Both the position numbers and the translations under genes were made by a program. The notes under the pieces were generated by a model, which was given only the letters and a program-made list of their open reading frames with translations, searched no databases and was not told the origin of the DNA. Below, in pieces: positions 11,830-25,100 of a DNA stretch of 64,000 nucleotides. Each line of letters begins with the position of its first letter. Within the stretch, counting starts at the first letter, position 1. Origin of the DNA: Mytilus galloprovincialis (Eukaryota); NCBI RefSeq assembly GCF_965363235.1, contig NC_134841.1, positions 74,589,723 through 74,653,722 of the forward strand, written 5' to 3'.

Positions 11830-11937
11830 CAATCTAATTAAAAACCGATCTCTCATCGCTCCTGTTTCTGATATGTCGAGCTACCACGCGACATATCAGA
11901 AACAGGAGCAATGAGAGATCGGTTTTTAATTAGATTG
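11830..11937. repeat. Near-perfect hairpin/foldback: 48-bp arms (1 mismatch), 11-nt loop, ~320 bp upstream of the TRIM-like start codon
   Basis: caatctaattaaaaaccgatctctcatcgctcctgtttctgatatgtcg | agctaccacgc | gacatatcagaaacaggagcaatgagagatcggtttttaattagattg. Confidence 0.75.
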
Positions 11938-12463
11938 ACTTTTGGATAAGATGGGTTTTAGTCAGCACAAACATGTTCACACAAAAGGCAAAGGCGCATA
12001 ATAAAAATCGACCGATAATGAATATCAAAGGGGCATAAGCTACCAACTCAACAATAAAAACAATCGGATCTTTTTTTCAAACATTTATGAAAGTGGAGTA
12101 AAGAAATAATATTTCGCTATTAGCAGTCTGTTTTGTTCAATTAAAGGCTAAAATATATCGCTGATGTATAATTGACTTGCAAGTCAACAGTTCATGCTAA
12201 TTTGGACCTTCGTGGAGATCGGTTGTGCATGTGTTTACCATGTAGTTCATTAATTGAAAGAATGTCAACATTAAAAAGTAAAACAAAGGAGACACCGTCA
12301 CACCTAGTGTTTATTTTTCAGAGTAAAAGATTCAATTGATTGCATGCTTCTTAATTGTCATCTGAATTTTTATCTGCTAAATGACAAAACATAACTTCAG
12401 ACTACCAGGCGCCTGTATCGCTATCTAGCTTTTCAAAACAATCACTGAAAGAGGAATATTTTC

Positions 12464-13100
12464 ACCAGACTCAAGCTGGCAGCCACTTTCATCGGCCAAT
12501 CAAGATAGCAGCCACTTTTTTCCAGCAGCCAATTTTGACGATATGTCTAAAAACCAAAAAACTGCGTGAGGCTCAAACGTTCCAAAAATCGCTAAATCTT
12601 AGTTAAATGCAATCTAACAGCGGAAATCGACAATTTCACGGTTTCTGCTAATTTCTAAAGCATTTCATTCCGTTTTAAATATGTATGTAAGCGATCTGTC
12701 CTTTATTTGACATTCGATAATTGATATTCAATATCCAACCGACTGCTAGCCGTCGGTTCAATATTTCAATTTAGTTGAAAATCACTATAAAGCCTGAGAG
12801 AAAAGATACCATTTTATGACCCCTTCAAGCTGTCATAAATTTTCGTTGTCCTCGAATATAAACCCTGATACAAGTTGTATATTTGTCTTTATGTTATATA
12901 GATTTTTATCAATAAAACATTACAGAGGATTCACCAAAGATGTAATTTAATATATAAAATATGAAACAAAATCCAATTACTCCAGAAACATATAGAAATA
13001 TACATAGAAATACTTATGGAAAGCCAAAAAAAAAAAAAGAAATTAATAGTGAACACCTACCAGAGACTGCTTAAATGACGGTGACCACCCTAAGACGACT
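12464..13100 (-). mobile_element. Satellite-flanking module, copy 2 (reverse complement of 4725-5355)
   Basis: accagactcaagctggcagccacttt...ctaccagagactgcttaaatgacggtgaccaccctaagacgac is the reverse complement of the module at 4725-5355 and 44695-45333. It is joined to the satellite at the same junction. Confidence 0.6.
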
Positions 13101-16100
13101 TTGGACCTCTGTGGTGGCCAGACGGGCCCGGATCCCAGAAAAATATTTAAGTGGCAAATAGCTTGGATCAATACCTTTGAAATGAGCTAGGTCCGGTTCG
13201 GAACTTTGCCGTAGGGATATGTCGAGGAGTACCGAATGTGTGGTTGATATGGAAAATACGTAAATTGGCAACTTTGAACCTCTGTGGTGGCCAGACGGGC
13301 CCGGATCCCAGAAAAATATTTAAGTGGGGAATAGCTTGGGTCAATACCTTTAAAATGAGCTAGGTCCGGTTCGGAACTTTGCCGTTGGTATATGCCGAAA
13401 AGTACCGAATGTATGCATATGGTTAATACGGAAAATTACGTTATGGGGCACCTTTGAACCTCTGTGGTGGCCAGACGGGCCCGGATCCCAGAAACATATT
13501 TAAGTGGCAAATAGCTTGGATCAATACCTTTGAAATGAGCTAGGTCCGGTTCGGAACTTTGCCGTAGGGATATGTCGAGGAGTACCGAATGTGTGGTTGA
13601 TATGGAAAATACGTAAATGGGCATTTTGAAGCTCTGTGGTGGCCAGACGGGCCCGGATCCCAGAAAAATATTTAAGTGGCAAATAGCTTGGATCAATACC
13701 TTTGAAATGAGCTAGGTCCGGTTCGGAACTTTGCCGTAGGGATATGTCGAGGAGTACCGAATGTGTGGTTGATATGGAAAATACGTAAATTGGCAACTTT
13801 GAACCTCTGTGGTGGCCAGACGGGCCCGGATCCCAGAAAAATATTTAAGTGGGGAATAGCTTGGGTCAATACCTTTAAAATGAGCTAGGTCCGGTTCGGA
13901 ACTTTGCCGTTGGTATATGCCGAAAAGTACCGAATGTATGCATATGGTTAATACGGAAAATTACGTTATGGGGCACCTTTGAACCTCTGTGGTGGCCAGA
14001 CGGGCCCGGATCCCAGAAACATATTTAAGTGGCAAATAGCTTGGATCAATACCTTTGAAATGAGCTAGGTCCGGTTCGGAACTTTGCCGTAGGGATATGT
14101 CGAGGAGTACCGAATGTGTGGTTGATATGGAAAATACGTAAATGGGCATTTTGAAGCTCTGTGGTGGCCAGACGGGCCCGGATCCCAGAAAAATATTTAA
14201 GTGGCAAATAGCTTGGATCAATACCTTTGAAATGAGCTAGGTCCGGTTCGGAACTTTGCCGTAGGGATATGTCGAGGAGTACCGAATGTGTGGTTGATAT
14301 GGAAAATACGTAAATTGGCAACTTTGAACCTCTGTGGTGGCCAGACGGGCCCGGATCCCAGAAAAATATTTAAGTGGGGAATAGCTTGGGTCAATACCTT
14401 TAAAATGAGCTAGGTCCGGTTCGGAACTTTGCCGTTGGTATATGCCGAAAAGTACCGAATGTATGCATATAGTTAATACGGAAAATTACGTTATGGGGCA
14501 CCTTTGAACCTCTGTGGTGGCCAGACGGGCCCGGATCCCAGAAACATATTTAAGTGGCAAATAGCTTGGATCAATACCTTTGAAATGAGCTAGGTCCGGT
14601 TCGGAACTTTGCCGTAGGGATATGTCGAGGAGTACCGAATGTGTGGTTGATATGGAAAATACGTAAATGGGCATTTTGAAGCTCTGTGGTGGCCAGACGG
14701 GCCCGGATCCCAGAAAAATATTTAAGTGGCAAATAGCTTGGATCAATACCTTTGAAATGAGCTAGGTCCGGTTCGGAACTTTGCCGTAGGGATATGTCGA
14801 GGAGTACCGAATGTGTGGTTGATATGGAAAATACGTAAATTGGCAACTTTGAACCTCTGTGGTGGCCAGACGGGCCCGGATCCCAGAAAAATATTTAAGT
14901 GGGGAATAGCTTGGGTCAATACCTTTAAAATGAGCTAGGTCCGGTTCGGAACTTTGCCGTTGGTATATGCCGAAAAGTACCGAATGTATGCATATGGTTA
15001 ATACGGAAAATTACGTTATGGGGCACCTTTGAACCTCTGTGGTGGCCAGACGGGCCCGGATCCCAGAAACATATTTAAGTGGCAAATAGCTTGGATCAAT
15101 ACCTTTGAAATGAGCTAGGTCCGGTTCGGAACTTTGCCGTAGGGATATGTCGAGGAGTACCGAATGTGTGGTTGATATGGAAAATACGTAAATGGGCATT
15201 TTGAAGCTCTGTGGTGGCCAGACGGGCCCGGATCCCAGAAAAATATTTAAGTGGCAAATAGCTTGGATCAATACCTTTGAAATGAGCTAGGTCCGGTTCG
15301 GAACTTTGCCGTAGGGATATGTCGAGGAGTACCGAATGTGTGGTTGATATGGAAAATACGTAAATTGGCAACTTTGAACCTCTGTGGTGGCCAGACGGGC
15401 CCGGATCCCAGAAAAATATTTAAGTGGGGAATAGCTTGGGTCAATACCTTTAAAATGAGCTAGGTCCGGTTCGGAACTTTGCCGTTGGTATATGCCGAAA
15501 AGTACCGAATGTATGCATATGGTTAATACGGAAAATTACGTTATGGGGCACCTTTGAACCTCTGTGGTGGCCAGACGGGCCCGGATCCCAGAAACATATT
15601 TAAGTGGCAAATAGCTTGGATCAATACCTTTGAAATGAGCTAGGTCCGGTTCGGAACTTTGCCGTAGGGATATGTCGAGGAGTACCGAATGTGTGGTTGA
15701 TATGGAAAATACGTAAATGGGCATTTTGAAGCTCTGTGGTGGCCAGACGGGCCCGGATCCCAGAAAAATATTTAAGTGGCAAATAGCTTGGATCAATACC
15801 TTTGAAATGAGCTAGGTCCGGTTCGGAACTTTGCCGTAGGGATATGTCGAGGAGTACCGAATGTGTGGTTGATATGGAAAATACGTAAATTGGCAACTTT
15901 GAACCTCTGTGGTGGCCAGACGGGCCCGGATCCCAGAAAAATATTTAAGTGGGGAATAGCTTGGGTCAATACCTTTAAAATGAGCTAGGTCCGGTTCGGA
16001 ACTTTGCCGTTGGTATATGCCGAAAAGTACCGAATGTATGCATATAGTTAATACGGAAAATTACGTTATGGGGCACCTTTGAACCTCTGTGGTGGCCAGA

Positions 16101-19100
16101 CGGGCCCGGATCCCAGAAACATATTTAAGTGGCAAATAGCTTGGATCAATACCTTTGAAATGAGCTAGGTCCGGTTCGGAACTTTGCCGTAGGGATATGT
16201 CGAGGAGTACCGAATGTGTGGTTGATATGGAAAATACGTAAATGGGCATTTTGAAGCTCTGTGGTGGCCAGACGGGCCCGGATCCCAGAAAAATATTTAA
16301 GTGGCAAATAGCTTGGATCAATACCTTTGAAATGAGCTAGGTCCGGTTCGGAACTTTGCCGTAGGGATATGTCGAGGAGTACCGAATGTGTGGTTGATAT
16401 GGAAAATACGTAAATTGGCAACTTTGAACCTCTGTGGTGGCCAGACGGGCCCGGATCCCAGAAAAATATTTAAGTGGGGAATAGCTTGGGTCAATACCTT
16501 TAAAATGAGCTAGGTCCGGTTCGGAACTTTGCCGTTGGTATATGCCGAAAAGTACCGAATGTATGCATATGGTTAATACGGAAAATTACGTTATGGGGCA
16601 CCTTTGAACCTCTGTGGTGGCCAGACGGGCCCGGATCCCAGAAACATATTTAAGTGGCAAATAGCTTGGATCAATACCTTTGAAATGAGCTAGGTCCGGT
16701 TCGGAACTTTGCCGTAGGGATATGTCGAGGAGTACCGAATGTGTGGTTGATATGGAAAATACGTAAATGGGCATTTTGAAGCTCTGTGGTGGCCAGACGG
16801 GCCCGGATCCCAGAAAAATATTTAAGTGGCAAATAGCTTGGATCAATACCTTTGAAATGAGCTAGGTCCGGTTCGGAACTTTGCCGTAGGGATATGTCGA
16901 GGAGTACCGAATGTGTGGTTGATATGGAAAATACGTAAATTGGCAACTTTGAACCTCTGTGGTGGCCAGACGGGCCCGGATCCCAGAAAAATATTTAAGT
17001 GGGGAATAGCTTGGGTCAATACCTTTAAAATGAGCTAGGTCCGGTTCGGAACTTTGCCGTTGGTATATGCCGAAAAGTACCGAATGTATGCATATGGTTA
17101 ATACGGAAAATTACGTTATGGGGCACCTTTGAACCTCTGTGGTGGCCAGACGGGCCCGGATCCCAGAAACATATTTAAGTGGCAAATAGCTTGGATCAAT
17201 ACCTTTGAAATGAGCTAGGTCCGGTTCGGAACTTTGCCGTAGGGATATGTCGAGGAGTACCGAATGTGTGGTTGATATGGAAAATACGTAAATGGGCATT
17301 TTGAAGCTCTGTGGTGGCCAGACGGGCCCGGATCCCAGAAAAATATTTAAGTGGCAAATAGCTTGGATCAATACCTTTGAAATGAGCTAGGTCCGGTTCG
17401 GAACTTTGCCGTAGGGATATGTCGAGGAGTACCGAATGTGTGGTTGATATGGAAAATACGTAAATTGGCAACTTTGAACCTCTGTGGTGGCCAGACGGGC
17501 CCGGATCCCAGAAAAATATTTAAGTGGGGAATAGCTTGGGTCAATACCTTTAAAATGAGCTAGGTCCGGTTCGGAACTTTGCCGTTGGTATATGCCGAAA
17601 AGTACCGAATGTATGCATATGGTTAATACGGAAAATTACGTTATGGGGCACCTTTGAACCTCTGTGGTGGCCAGACGGGCCCGGATCCCAGAAACATATT
17701 TAAGTGGCAAATAGCTTGGATCAATACCTTTGAAATGAGCTAGGTCCGGTTCGGAACTTTGCCGTAGGGATATGTCGAGGAGTACCGAATGTGTGGTTGA
17801 TATGGAAAATACGTAAATGGGCATTTTGAAGCTCTGTGGTGGCCAGACGGGCCCGGATCCCAGAAAAATATTTAAGTGGCAAATAGCTTGGATCAATACC
17901 TTTGAAATGAGCTAGGTCCGGTTCGGAACTTTGCCGTAGGGATATGTCGAGGAGTACCGAATGTGTGGTTGATATGGAAAATACGTAAATTGGCAACTTT
18001 GAACCTCTGTGGTGGCCAGACGGGCCCGGATCCCAGAAAAATATTTAAGTGGGGAATAGCTTGGGTCAATACCTTTAAAATGAGCTAGGTCCGGTTCGGA
18101 ACTTTGCCGTTGGTATATGCCGAAAAGTACCGAATGTATGCATATAGTTAATACGGAAAATTACGTTATGGGGCACCTTTGAACCTCTGTGGTGGCCAGA
18201 CGGGCCCGGATCCCAGAAACATATTTAAGTGGCAAATAGCTTGGATCAATACCTTTGAAATGAGCTAGGTCCGGTTCGGAACTTTGCCGTAGGGATATGT
18301 CGAGGAGTACCGAATGTGTGGTTGATATGGAAAATACGTAAATGGGCATTTTGAAGCTCTGTGGTGGCCAGACGGGCCCGGATCCCAGAAAAATATTTAA
18401 GTGGCAAATAGCTTGGATCAATACCTTTGAAATGAGCTAGGTCCGGTTCGGAACTTTGCCGTAGGGATATGTCGAGGAGTACCGAATGTGTGGTTGATAT
18501 GGAAAATACGTAAATTGGCAACTTTGAACCTCTGTGGTGGCCAGACGGGCCCGGATCCCAGAAAAATATTTAAGTGGGGAATAGCTTGGGTCAATACCTT
18601 TAAAATGAGCTAGGTCCGGTTCGGAACTTTGCCGTTGGTATATGCCGAAAAGTACCGAATGTATGCATATGGTTAATACGGAAAATTACGTTATGGGGCA
18701 CCTTTGAACCTCTGTGGTGGCCAGACGGGCCCGGATCCCAGAAACATATTTAAGTGGCAAATAGCTTGGATCAATACCTTTGAAATGAGCTAGGTCCGGT
18801 TCGGAACTTTGCCGTAGGGATATGTCGAGGAGTACCGAATGTGTGGTTGATATGGAAAATACGTAAATGGGCATTTTGAAGCTCTGTGGTGGCCAGACGG
18901 GCCCGGATCCCAAAAATATTTAAGTGGCAAATAGCTTGGATCAATACCTTTGAAATGAGCTAGGTCCGGTTCGGAACTTTGCCGTAGGGATATGTCGAGG
19001 AGTACCGAATGTGTGGTTGATATGGAAAATACGTAAATTGGCAACTTTGAACCTCTGTGGTGGCCAGACGGGCCCGGATCCCAGAAAAATATTTAAGTGG

Positions 19101-22100
19101 GGAATAGCTTGGGTCAATACCTTTAAAATGAGCTAGGTCCGGTTCGGAACTTTGCCGTTGGTATATGCCGAAAAGTACCGAATGTATGCATATGGTTAAT
19201 ACGGAAAATTACGTTATGGGGCACCTTTGAACCTCTGTGGTGGCCAGACGGGCCCGGATCCCAGAAACATATTTAAGTGGCAAATAGCTTGGATCAATAC
19301 CTTTGAAATGAGCTAGGTCCGGTTCGGAACTTTGCCGTAGGGATATGTCGAGGAGTACCGAATGTGTGGTTGATATGGAAAATACGTAAATGGGCATTTT
19401 GAAGCTCTGTGGTGGCCAGACGGGCCCGGATCCCAGAAAAATATTTAAGTGGCAAATAGCTTGGATCAATACCTTTGAAATGAGCTAGGTCCGGTTCGGA
19501 ACTTTGCCGTAGGGATATGTCGAGGAGTACCGAATGTGTGGTTGATATGGAAAATACGTAAATTGGCAACTTTGAACCTCTGTGGTGGCCAGACGGGCCC
19601 GGATCCCAGAAAAATATTTAAGTGGGGAATAGCTTGGGTCAATACCTTTAAAATGAGCTAGGTCCGGTTCGGAACTTTGCCGTTGGTATATGCCGAAAAG
19701 TACCGAATGTATGCATATGGTTAATACGGAAAATTACGTTATGGGGCACCTTTGAACCTCTGTGGTGGCCAGACGGGCCCGGATCCCAGAAACATATTTA
19801 AGTGGCAAATAGCTTGGATCAATACCTTTGAAATGAGCTAGGTCCGGTTCGGAACTTTGCCGTAGGGATATGTCGAGGAGTACCGAATGTGTGGTTGATA
19901 TGGAAAATACGTAAATGGGCATTTTGAAGCTCTGTGGTGGCCAGACGGGCCCGGATCCCAGAAAAATATTTAAGTGGCAAATAGCTTGGATCAATACCTT
20001 TGAAATGAGCTAGGTCCGGTTCGGAACTTTGCCGTAGGGATATGTCGAGGAGTACCGAATGTGTGGTTGATATGGAAAATACGTAAATTGGCAACTTTGA
20101 ACCTCTGTGGTGGCCAGACGGGCCCGGATCCCAGAAAAATATTTAAGTGGGGAATAGCTTGGGTCAATACCTTTAAAATGAGCTAGGTCCGGTTCGGAAC
20201 TTTGCCGTTGGTATATGCCGAAAAGTACCGAATGTATGCATATAGTTAATACGGAAAATTACGTTATGGGGCACCTTTGAACCTCTGTGGTGGCCAGACG
20301 GGCCCGGATCCCAGAAACATATTTAAGTGGCAAATAGCTTGGATCAATACCTTTGAAATGAGCTAGGTCCGGTTCGGAACTTTGCCGTAGGGATATGTCG
20401 AGGAGTACCGAATGTGTGGTTGATATGGAAAATACGTAAATGGGCATTTTGAAGCTCTGTGGTGGCCAGACGGGCCCGGATCCCAGAAAAATATTTAAGT
20501 GGCAAATAGCTTGGATCAATACCTTTGAAATGAGCTAGGTCCGGTTCGGAACTTTGCCGTAGGGATATGTCGAGGAGTACCGAATGTGTGGTTGATATGG
20601 AAAATACGTAAATTGGCAACTTTGAACCTCTGTGGTGGCCAGACGGGCCCGGATCCCAGAAAAATATTTAAGTGGGGAATAGCTTGGGTCAATACCTTTA
20701 AAATGAGCTAGGTCCGGTTCGGAACTTTGCCGTTGGTATATGCCGAAAAGTACCGAATGTATGCATATGGTTAATACGGAAAATTACGTTATGGGGCACC
20801 TTTGAACCTCTGTGGTGGCCAGACGGGCCCGGATCCCAGAAACATATTTAAGTGGCAAATAGCTTGGATCAATACCTTTGAAATGAGCTAGGTCCGGTTC
20901 GGAACTTTGCCGTAGGGATATGTCGAGGAGTACCGAATGTGTGGTTGATATGGAAAATACGTAAATGGGCATTTTGAAGCTCTGTGGTGGCCAGACGGGC
21001 CCGGATCCCAGAAAAATATTTAAGTGGCAAATAGCTTGGATCAATACCTTTGAAATGAGCTAGGTCCGGTTCGGAACTTTGCCGTAGGGATATGTCGAGG
21101 AGTACCGAATGTGTGGTTGATATGGAAAATACGTAAATTGGCAACTTTGAACCTCTGTGGTGGCCAGACGGGCCCGGATCCCAGAAAAATATTTAAGTGG
21201 GGAATAGCTTGGGTCAATACCTTTAAAATGAGCTAGGTCCGGTTCGGAACTTTGCCGTTGGTATATGCCGAAAAGTACCGAATGTATGCATATGGTTAAT
21301 ACGGAAAATTACGTTATGGGGCACCTTTGAACCTCTGTGGTGGCCAGACGGGCCCGGATCCCAGAAACATATTTAAGTGGCAAATAGCTTGGATCAATAC
21401 CTTTGAAATGAGCTAGGTCCGGTTCGGAACTTTGCCGTAGGGATATGTCGAGGAGTACCGAATGTGTGGTTGATATGGAAAATACGTAAATGGGCATTTT
21501 GAAGCTCTGTGGTGGCCAGACGGGCCCGGATCCCAGAAAAATATTTAAGTGGCAAATAGCTTGGATCAATACCTTTGAAATGAGCTAGGTCCGGTTCGGA
21601 ACTTTGCCGTAGGGATATGTCGAGGAGTACCGAATGTGTGGTTGATATGGAAAATACGTAAATTGGCAACTTTGAACCTCTGTGGTGGCCAGACGGGCCC
21701 GGATCCCAGAAAAATATTTAAGTGGGGAATAGCTTGGGTCAATACCTTTAAAATGAGCTAGGTCCGGTTCGGAACTTTGCCGTTGGTATATGCCGAAAAG
21801 TACCGAATGTATGCATATGGTTAATACGGAAAATTACGTTATGGGGCACCTTTGAACCTCTGTGGTGGCCAGACGGGCCCGGATCCCAGAAACATATTTA
21901 AGTGGCAAATAGCTTGGATCAATACCTTTGAAATGAGCTAGGTCCGGTTCGGAACTTTGCCGTAGGGATATGTCGAGGAGTACCGAATGTGTGGTTGATA
22001 TGGAAAATACGTAAATGGGCATTTTGAAGCTCTGTGGTGGCCAGACGGGCCCGGATCCCAGAAAAATATTTAAGTGGCAAATAGCTTGGATCAATACCTT

Positions 22101-25100
22101 TGAAATGAGCTAGGTCCGGTTCGGAACTTTGCCGTAGGGATATGTCGAGGAGTACCGAATGTGTGGTTGATATGGAAAATACGTAAATTGGCAACTTTGA
22201 ACCTCTGTGGTGGCCAGACGGGCCCGGATCCCAGAAAAATATTTAAGTGGGGAATAGCTTGGGTCAATACCTTTAAAATGAGCTAGGTCCGGTTCGGAAC
22301 TTTGCCGTTGGTATATGCCGAAAAGTACCGAATGTATGCATATGGTTAATACGGAAAATTACGTTATGGGGCACCTTTGAACCTCTGTGGTGGCCAGACG
22401 GGCCCGGATCCCAGAAACATATTTAAGTGGCAAATAGCTTGGATCAATACCTTTGAAATGAGCTAGGTCCGGTTCGGAACTTTGCCGTAGGGATATGTCG
22501 AGGAGTACCGAATGTGTGGTTGATATGGAAAATACGTAAATGGGCATTTTGAAGCTCTGTGGTGGCCAGACGGGCCCGGATCCCAGAAAAATATTTAAGT
22601 GGCAAATAGCTTGGATCAATACCTTTGAAATGAGCTAGGTCCGGTTCGGAACTTTGCCGTAGGGATATGTCGAGGAGTACCGAATGTGTGGTTGATATGG
22701 AAAATACGTAAATTGGCAACTTTGAACCTCTGTGGTGGCCAGACGGGCCCGGATCCCAGAAAAATATTTAAGTGGGGAATAGCTTGGGTCAATACCTTTA
22801 AAATGAGCTAGGTCCGGTTCGGAACTTTGCCGTTGGTATATGCCGAAAAGTACCGAATGTATGCATATAGTTAATACGGAAAATTACGTTATGGGGCACC
22901 TTTGAACCTCTGTGGTGGCCAGACGGGCCCGGATCCCAGAAACATATTTAAGTGGCAAATAGCTTGGATCAATACCTTTGAAATGAGCTAGGTCCGGTTC
23001 GGAACTTTGCCGTAGGGATATGTCGAGGAGTACCGAATGTGTGGTTGATATGGAAAATACGTAAATGGGCATTTTGAAGCTCTGTGGTGGCCAGACGGGC
23101 CCGGATCCCAGAAAAATATTTAAGTGGCAAATAGCTTGGATCAATACCTTTGAAATGAGCTAGGTCCGGTTCGGAACTTTGCCGTAGGGATATGTCGAGG
23201 AGTACCGAATGTGTGGTTGATATGGAAAATACGTAAATTGGCAACTTTGAACCTCTGTGGTGGCCAGACGGGCCCGGATCCCAGAAAAATATTTAAGTGG
23301 GGAATAGCTTGGGTCAATACCTTTAAAATGAGCTAGGTCCGGTTCGGAACTTTGCCGTTGGTATATGCCGAAAAGTACCGAATGTATGCATATGGTTAAT
23401 ACGGAAAATTACGTTATGGGGCACCTTTGAACCTCTGTGGTGGCCAGACGGGCCCGGATCCCAGAAACATATTTAAGTGGCAAATAGCTTGGATCAATAC
23501 CTTTGAAATGAGCTAGGTCCGGTTCGGAACTTTGCCGTAGGGATATGTCGAGGAGTACCGAATGTGTGGTTGATATGGAAAATACGTAAATGGGCATTTT
23601 GAAGCTCTGTGGTGGCCAGACGGGCCCGGATCCCAGAAAAATATTTAAGTGGCAAATAGCTTGGATCAATACCTTTGAAATGAGCTAGGTCCGGTTCGGA
23701 ACTTTGCCGTAGGGATATGTCGAGGAGTACCGAATGTGTGGTTGATATGGAAAATACGTAAATTGGCAACTTTGAACCTCTGTGGTGGCCAGACGGGCCC
23801 GGATCCCAGAAAAATATTTAAGTGGGGAATAGCTTGGGTCAATACCTTTAAAATGAGCTAGGTCCGGTTCGGAACTTTGCCGTTGGTATATGCCGAAAAG
23901 TACCGAATGTATGCATATGGTTAATACGGAAAATTACGTTATGGGGCACCTTTGAACCTCTGTGGTGGCCAGACGGGCCCGGATCCCAGAAACATATTTA
24001 AGTGGCAAATAGCTTGGATCAATACCTTTGAAATGAGCTAGGTCCGGTTCGGAACTTTGCCGTAGGGATATGTCGAGGAGTACCGAATGTGTGGTTGATA
24101 TGGAAAATACGTAAATGGGCATTTTGAAGCTCTGTGGTGGCCAGACGGGCCCGGATCCCAGAAAAATATTTAAGTGGCAAATAGCTTGGATCAATACCTT
24201 TGAAATGAGCTAGGTCCGGTTCGGAACTTTGCCGTAGGGATATGTCGAGGAGTACCGAATGTGTGGTTGATATGGAAAATACGTAAATTGGCAACTTTGA
24301 ACCTCTGTGGTGGCCAGACGGGCCCGGATCCCAGAAAAATATTTAAGTGGGGAATAGCTTGGGTCAATACCTTTAAAATGAGCTAGGTCCGGTTCGGAAC
24401 TTTGCCGTTGGTATATGCCGAAAAGTACCGAATGTATGCATATGGTTAATACGGAAAATTACGTTATGGGGCACCTTTGAACCTCTGTGGTGGCCAGACG
24501 GGCCCGGATCCCAGAAACATATTTAAGTGGCAAATAGCTTGGATCAATACCTTTGAAATGAGCTAGGTCCGGTTCGGAACTTTGCCGTAGGGATATGTCG
24601 AGGAGTACCGAATGTGTGGTTGATATGGAAAATACGTAAATGGGCATTTTGAAGCTCTGTGGTGGCCAGACGGGCCCGGATCCCAGAAAAATATTTAAGT
24701 GGCAAATAGCTTGGATCAATACCTTTGAAATGAGCTAGGTCCGGTTCGGAACTTTGCCGTAGGGATATGTCGAGGAGTACCGAATGTGTGGTTGATATGG
24801 AAAATACGTAAATTGGCAACTTTGAACCTCTGTGGTGGCCAGACGGGCCCGGATCCCAGAAAAATATTTAAGTGGGGAATAGCTTGGGTCAATACCTTTA
24901 AAATGAGCTAGGTCCGGTTCGGAACTTTGCCGTTGGTATATGCCGAAAAGTACCGAATGTATGCATATGGTTAATACGGAAAATTACGTTATGGGGCACC
25001 TTTGAACCTCTGTGGTGGCCAGACGGGCCCGGATCCCAGAAACATATTTAAGTGGCAAATAGCTTGGATCAATACCTTTGAAATGAGCTAGGTCCGGTTC

